A stretch of DNA of 64,000 bases from NCBI GenBank assembly GCA_023334545.1, contig JAADVB010000020.1, positions 1 through 64,000 of the forward strand, given 5' to 3'. A program made the translations under genes and the position numbers. The notes beneath the pieces were generated by a model. That model saw only the letters and a list, made by a program, of their open reading frames with translations, was not told where the DNA came from and made no database searches. This DNA is from Salisapilia sapeloensis CBS 127946. Taxonomy: Eukaryota > Protista > Oomycota. This document shows, piece after piece, positions 57,403 to 64,000 of this stretch. The stretch's first letter is position 1, and each line of letters starts with the position of its first letter.

Positions 57403-58241
57403 ATGCCGAACGAGTCACCGAGTAACATGCGTCGTACAATGATCAAAAGTACCGTGGGCACTGTGAAGCATCCAGCCTATGATCTTCCAAATCATAAGGA
57501 CTCTTCCTATACGTATGGCTACTTGCTTCCTCGAGACCCAGAGTCGGCTGGACAGGTTATCAGCAAGTGGGTGGAAGCCACACCGTCACCTGCTGCCCAA
57601 TCTGGCCGCAGCTTTGTCGAAACAAATAGACAAGCGGTCACACACGGGTACATGTAGCTGCATTAAAATGGCCGATAAGATCGATGCTAATGAAACCTAT
57701 TCATATTATAGATACATCACTCCAGCTGAGAATCGAAAATTCGCTGCAGAGCACCCAGAGATTCTTGTCAAGACGGGCAAGAAGAAGAAACGTGGGGGTT
57801 CACCTCGGACTGACATGGTGTACGGAGTGAAATCAAAGTATGCGATATTATCAATTAAATTGGTTAAAAGACGCTTATTCTGATTGTAATATAGACCGTC
57901 GGAGGATGTCTCTGCATTGGTTCAAGCGCGACATACTGATTTCCGACAAGAGAACTCTGTCTATCCAGATCTGAGCGGAATGCGAGTGAAAGGAGTACGT
58001 TGCTTCCTTCCGCTGTACATGCAGCCGAACATGCACTTATGTTAATGAATAGAAACTTCCGCTTCCTCGCGAGACGAGGTCCTCGGTTTACAAGGATGTC
58101 CGCTTGAACGAGAGATTTGCGGAAAAGGATCCTGGTGAACTGTTTAAGATGTCTAAATTCAAGAAAGTTGACAGCGTTTACAAGACCCAACCAACGCACA
58201 CTCGCTCTGCGTCCATGGAAGACGATGAAAATCAAGAATAG
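57403..58241 (+). CDS. CFAP77: Flagellar axonemal protein CFAP77-like, multi-exon
   Basis: KSTVGTVKHPAYDLP..YTYG..SAGQVISKW..RSFVETNRQAVTHG-YITPAENRKF resembles the CFAP77 family; C-terminal KELFKMSKFKKV. Confidence 0.7.
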
Positions 58242-58700
58242 TCTCTTTTCATATATCAGCGATACTAGCACGAGCTACATATAATACACCATCTGCTTTC
58301 TTTATATAGCTCGTATTCGTCTATCTACACTTTGATAGAGTAGGAATTCGAATGTATCACTATCTAAAGCTAGTTAATTGTAAATTCTCTGGCATGGTCA
58401 GGATGATCAACTTCATGAATCAACTACGCTAGCTCATCAAGTTGTTTCGAGCCTACATCTACAACAGTAACTGACTGCTTCAAGACTGATCCTATTTCTT
58501 AAAATCTTCTATAAACTAGTAGTCACAGAATGGACACGTGCAAACTAAATAGCAAGTGTTTAAATTCACTACTGGAGTCAATCTGACATTGATAAATTCC
58601 ATTGCTTCCAAGTATCCTTACAACAAATACCGTATCAACACTTTGATCGCCAGCAGTGGTATTCTATGGTTTACACTAAATTTGGACACAAGTCAGATCT

Positions 58701-60853
58701 ATGATGCGGACCTCGATCCGAAGCGCTGTCTGCGTTCTTGTAGCATTCTCCATTAGCTACTCGGTTGCTGAGGATGCTCAGTTTGTACGGGGTGTACCTC
58801 TGAATGACCAAGCTCGGTTCCATGATGAATTCAGCTGCCTTGTAAATGGCCAAAGACAGCATCTGAACTTTGCACGTGTCAATGACGATTTTTGCGATTG
58901 CGATGACGGCTCAGATGAACCTGGAACTGCTGCTTGCTCTCACCATGAGATGGCTAGCTTTCACTGTACGAACGGTGGATACTTTCCCCATAATGTATGC
59001 TTCGTATAGACCTACTATGTCCATGCAAAGTACAACAGAATGATATATGACAATCTCATATCACTCTTGCATTAGATCCATACATCTCGGGTGAATGACG
59101 GTGTCTGTGATTGCTGTGATGGGCTAGATGAATACACTACCATCAATGCCAATTGCCCAAACACTTGCGCACAGGACGCGAAGGTCTATCGTGAAAAGGC
59201 AGAAGCGCGTCTTGAAGACGTTCTAAAGGGATACGAAGAGCGACAAAAAGTTTTGCAGAACAAGATAGCTAGCTACTTTTCAGGAATGGAAGCAACTGAA
59301 TCAGCTACGGAAGAACTTTTATCGTCCTTGGAACACTTAAAGCATACTGTGCAGTGGTATAAAGAAAAAGAAGAAAGAAAAGAAGAGATGATGCGCATTG
59401 AAAAAGCACGTATCGATCAGACCAATGGGGCACAAGCAGACAAGCGTGTTTGTGAAGCTGGACAAGATGATGAGTCTTGCCAAAATCCTCTAGACGATAG
59501 CAATTTGGCTATGGACGAAACCGATGAAGACTTGGAACTACTGCAAGCTGCCAATACAGACCAGAAGATCAGTACTGAAGACCATGCTCCCGTTGAGGAA
59601 AGCACGCGTCATATTCGTACTCTCGTTGATATGTCCGATGGCACAAGAGTCTCTCTTGGAGAGTACATCAACATAGCTTCTCATCCAAAGAGGTAAGACA
59701 CTTGTGCCTTTTTAAATAGCAAAGACACATCCAACAGTTGGACAATAGGAAGCGTCCCAAGTCGATTGAAGAGATGAAACGAGAAGATTTTCTAGGTCCT
59801 CTCTTCAACGGAGGGCCGGAAGGTAGAAAGCGATTTGGATTATACGCTCTTCGTGCTCTAGGTACGTTTTCCATTTTGCATAAGTCGAGTAGCAGCAAAT
59901 GATCTCAGTCGTATGATAGGACTAATGGTGGCACCAGTACGTGGTGTGGTGGATCTGGTGCTCTTTGTACCTCGTCTCATCGCTGATGGTCTTGCAGAAA
60001 CTGCCATCGTATCGTATTTACCGACGTACAAACCCTTATATCAACAGATGTGGTTCCGGCGACTCGCCGACGGACAGGTTTACGAAGCTTATGCTGGTTT
60101 CTCATGGAGCTGTCGCGTCGTTTGGGATGCACCCATCTTCTTCTATCGCTACCTATTGTACGTTCACACCTCGCTGATATACTTTTTGTACAAAGGATAA
60201 CGTGTTTTTAGTCCAACCGTCGACTACAGTGTCACGACACCAGAAGCAGAGTCTCTTCGGAACATACTAAAGGAAGTAGAGAATGACATCACTAAAGTCA
60301 AGTTGGAGAAAGAAGAGAAGAGGAAAGCGATGAACCAGGACTATGGTCCGGATCGCGCTTTCTTTGACTGGAAAGACACTTGCTTTGAAAAACAGATCGA
60401 GGTGCGTTACTTTTAATATCTGTGGCCTGCATCTGGGATTAATATGTGATCCTGGTATGTTTGCTGGTGGGAATAGAAATACAAGTACAAATTCTGTGGC
60501 TTCAAGGACATTCGACAAGATAAATTGAGCATTGGTAAGTGGGACCGATGGGGTGCTCCTAAACAGAACGAAGATGGTTCAGTGGACTACACTCGAATGC
60601 AGTTTGCCAACGGACAAAAGTGCTGGAATGGACCGAAGAGGTGGGTGCTTACCATGTTGTATATATACTGATAGACTCGTCTCACGTTTAAACTAGATCC
60701 GTCGATGTGCATCTCGAGTGCGGTGGTGAGAATGAGATCAAACGTGTGGATGAGCCAGCCACTTGCGCATACGAAATGACTGTGGCGACTCCGCTAATGT
60801 GCACGGAAGAAAAAGTTGTAGAGGCCAGGACCGCACTTGCTTTCTGGACTTAA
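58701..60853 (+). CDS. PRKCSH: Glucosidase II beta subunit (PRKCSH/GTB1), multi-exon
   Basis: Signal peptide; RVNDDFCDCDDGSDEPGTAAC and VNDGVCDCCDGLDE; MRH domain DYGPDRAF..CF..YKYKFCGF..FANGQKCWNGPKRSVDVHLECG..EPATCAYEM. Confidence 0.9.
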
Positions 60854-61407
60854 TTTCAGCTTTCATTCCAATTGGTGTCTTGTCTTTTTCTGTTGCGTCT
60901 ACAGCATTCAATTGCTGACCTAGATATCGTGATGCCGTAGGATGAAGGATGTAGCTACGCAAAGTAGTCATGGATGACATGGTTGACCACAATCTGCGTT
61001 GGACGGTCGATTAATGGGATTTTAATCGTAGATATATATCCAGCAACAACTCTTTATGATGCATGTTCAGGTGAAGTGATGTGGTGATTAAGATGACTCA
61101 CGACTACCTTATTATATCACTATGTAGTACTCCCGAGTGTCCTTGTCGCAGAGTCATATAGAGAGATGCGTATAGATGCTCCACATTGGACACTCAACAT
61201 TCACAAAGACTGATTCATCTACTATCTGTATGTAAGCTTGACGGTCTAGATTAGCAAATACAGATTGTCGACGTGCCATTCGAGAGAGGCACGCGCAATG
61301 TATCTTTCCAGTTTGTCTGAACTGAAGCGGGGGCGAATGCGTCGGAACCAACGATACGCTGCCCACGTCATTCTGATGAACCATATCATATTCACTTTTA
61401 GCACATC

Positions 61408-63147
61408 ATGGACAAAGCCGTCGACAGATTTTCGGAGCCCATGATCAGTCCACAGTACATGAAAAAAGAAGATACTTCACCTGGTAACCAATATCAGTCG
61501 GGCAAAACACCTGATCATCTCGAAGGAGGCGCTCTTCGTCCAGGTGGTGCTGCCAACATCTACAGCAAGGAAAATATCGGACTGGTACTTCAGTATGCCG
61601 CTCTTGGTGCCATCAATGGATCCATTTACGGAATCAGTATGTATACATATTTCAATTTTCTAGGTTACCACATGGACTGACAAGCGCTTTTAGTCTATCC
61701 GCTTTTGAACAACTACCTTCGCATGTCAGGGGTAGCAACGGCGACTGCCAGAGTACTCGCGAGGCTTCCTTGGTCCTTTCGAATGTTCTTTGGTCTCTTA
61801 TCCGATTGCTTTCCCATTATGAACAACCGCCGTCGCCCATACATGGTCATCGGTTGGACAGTCACTGCCATTAGTTTGCTTCTAATGGCCGTGTTACCAC
61901 TCGATGATCCATACTACCCTGAGCCACAATTTGCTCGGATCTCTCCTGCCAACTTAACGATGGAGCAAGTCGACTCGTTCAACACCAATGCACCGGATAG
62001 TGGCATTAAGTACGTTCTCCTAATCATCTTGGCCGACCTCGGTATGGTGGTAGCGATTGCCGCATCCGACGGTTTGGTCGTAGAGTTGGAGCAACGAGAA
62101 ACAGAAGCTAATCGTGGCCGGGTCCTTTCATCTGTACAAGTTGCTAAACAGTTAATGGTGATCCTCGCTTCCGCCATGGTAGGCTTTGGTCTCAATGGTC
62201 CGGATTATGGTGGCTCGTTCTCAGGGTCTATGGGATTTCCGGCTATCATGGGTGTCTGCGCGGCTTTCGCTATCCTTGCTGCTGCTTCCGCTTGGTTCTT
62301 TGTAAAAGAAGGCGAAGGACAAAAGCAAAAGTTTCGAGACTACATGCACAGCATCTACGATCTATTGCAAGAACGCGTTGTGTATCAACTCATCGGATTC
62401 AACTTCCTGTACTATCTCTTTAACCGCATGAGTGTTACAGCCGTCAGTCCCATTCAAAGTGTATGGGCAGGTGTCGAGCCTGTGAATGATGCGCTTTCAA
62501 ACATCCTGTCGGCTCTCATCACATCCCTCACTCTTTACTCTGTGAAGAAATGGGGCCTCAGCTGGAGTTGGCAAGCTGTCATCGTCACATCTCAAGTCGC
62601 TGTCGTTGTTATTGACTGCATTCCGACTTACCTAACGATCTGGAATGTGCTACGTAGCCAATGGTTCTGGCTCGGACCTCCATTGCTTGAAGACGTCCCA
62701 GATTCCATCACTCGCCTCGTAGGTCAATTCGCAACTCTAGAGATCATTGAGCCTGGGAATGAAGGAGCGATCTTTGGACTGATGAGTTCGTGCACTAGCA
62801 TCTCTGCTCCATTCGCGACGGTGATCTATAAGAACATTGACGCAAACTTTGACATCGCACTCACGGACCTCCAACGCGATGACACGGATGTTCGCAATCA
62901 AGTGACCTACGTGTACATCATCGCTCATGCATTCCAACTCGCTTCTATCATTTGGGTTTTGATGCTATTGCCTCGTCAGAAGAATGAAACTCAGGAGCTT
63001 AAACGCTCTGGAGGGAAGAGCAATGTCATGGGAATCGCAACGATCATTATCTTCGCTTTCTGTCTTATCTGGGCAGTCATGACGAATCTCATGACGATTT
63101 TCCCATCAACTTCTTGTCTCAAACTGGCTGGAGGAACTGGCTGCTAA
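61408..63147 (+). CDS. Folate-biopterin transporter (BT1/FBT, MFS) family protein, one intron
   Basis: About 12 hydrophobic helices; LPWSFRMFFGLLSDCFPIMNNRRRPYMVIGW, ASDGLVVEL, EPGNEGAIFGL are typical of this family, which is expanded in oomycetes. Confidence 0.85.
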
Positions 63148-63292
63148 GGAGTGCTTTGGTAAGATTTGCTGTGAGTCGTCAGACAAACTAGTTGGAGCGT
63201 AGATAATGACTGAACACGTGGTAACTTTAATACAAAATTCTAGGTTACCACATTATGCCTTCAAGCTTTGACTTTTGTTTGCCATGATGCAA

Positions 63293-64000
63293 TCAATATA
63301 CAGCAGCGGTGTACTCGTTCTTAACGACTCGTAGCAGATAGTCCTCCACTACATGACTTGCGTCGATGGCGTAGAAAGAATCTATTTGAATATTTTAGAA
63401 ATCCTCCTTTACCATGTAACTGTAGGTCAGAAGTCCCATAGTACCAACTCCATCTCACATCTCATCATGACAGTAAAGATAAAAGTTGTGAAGCTACGCT
63501 GAATGCATCCATTGGAAGGTACCACCTTCCTCTAGTAGATTGATCGATCAACTCATCGGATAGGCATTAGTTATCGCCAGCATTTCTAATGACTCTACAC
63601 AAACCACCAAGTACCGTTCGAATATGAACATGCGTCATAACCAACATTACCATTTCCCGTGCATCGCTATCGTGAAGCACACAAGTATTCTACTTTTTTT
63701 AATTCGAACTTGCAAGTAACATCCTCGTATTTTACAATGTCTGTTCGTGCCTATGTTCTGTAGAGCTATGGATCTTCCAGAGCTTTCCCTCTGCACCCTC
63801 TTTAACAACACGTCACCAACAGTCATGGCGACAAGTATGTGCAATGTTGCGTAGGCATGAAGTAGACGCGATGCAAGAGCGTTACATCTTTCTTTCGACC
63901 GTAGGAGGATAAGATGGAAAGTGGACGCAAGATCGAACACCTAGTCGAGCCTTCCTCTAGCAACTACCACACTCGATCCTCTTGACATCATGTACCAAAG
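63293..64000 (-). CDS. Possible 3' exons of a gene extending beyond the window
   Basis: AG-preceded open segments (VFDLASTFHLILLRS.. at 63940; SFYAIDASHVVEDYLLRVVKNEYTAAVY-stop near 63295); splicing not resolved. Confidence 0.25.

Noticed and set aside
1-64000. CRISPR arrays, rRNA/tRNA genes, transposases, LTRs
   Set aside because: No repeat-spacer arrays, cloverleaf or rRNA signatures, or transposase/RT motifs were seen; the region is intron-containing eukaryotic genic DNA.

Overview
Gene-dense eukaryotic DNA with short GT-AG introns (mostly about 50-62 nt) and very short intergenic spacers. The gene content points to a flagellated oomycete or related stramenopile (inference): a START+FYVE protein, a folate-biopterin transporter, CCT-motif proteins, and centriole/flagellar genes (C2CD3, DZIP1, LEKR1-like, CFAP77-like). 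About 29 protein-coding genes can be supported, many only after splicing ORF-track fragments together. I found no rRNA, tRNA, CRISPR array or transposon. Main points of interest: (1) an adjacent LEKR1-C2CD3-DZIP1 block of centriole/cilium genes, with a 139-bp head-to-head spacer between C2CD3 and DZIP1; (2) a divergent pair of CCT-domain genes whose spacer has at least nine CCAAT boxes and a telomere-like AAACCCT cluster containing a 16-bp palindrome; (3) three tandem CsgA-like SDRs with 2, 1 and 0 introns and a conserved upstream motif; (4) several unusual domain architectures: tepsin-like VHS+PDZ+BAG-like, PDZ+possible TULIP, WW+cyclin Y, 2xCCCH+DEDDh exonuclease, Cys-module+MIR, F-box+TM, and a glucosidase II beta lacking HDEL. 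All family assignments come from motif recognition by eye; no database searches were run.
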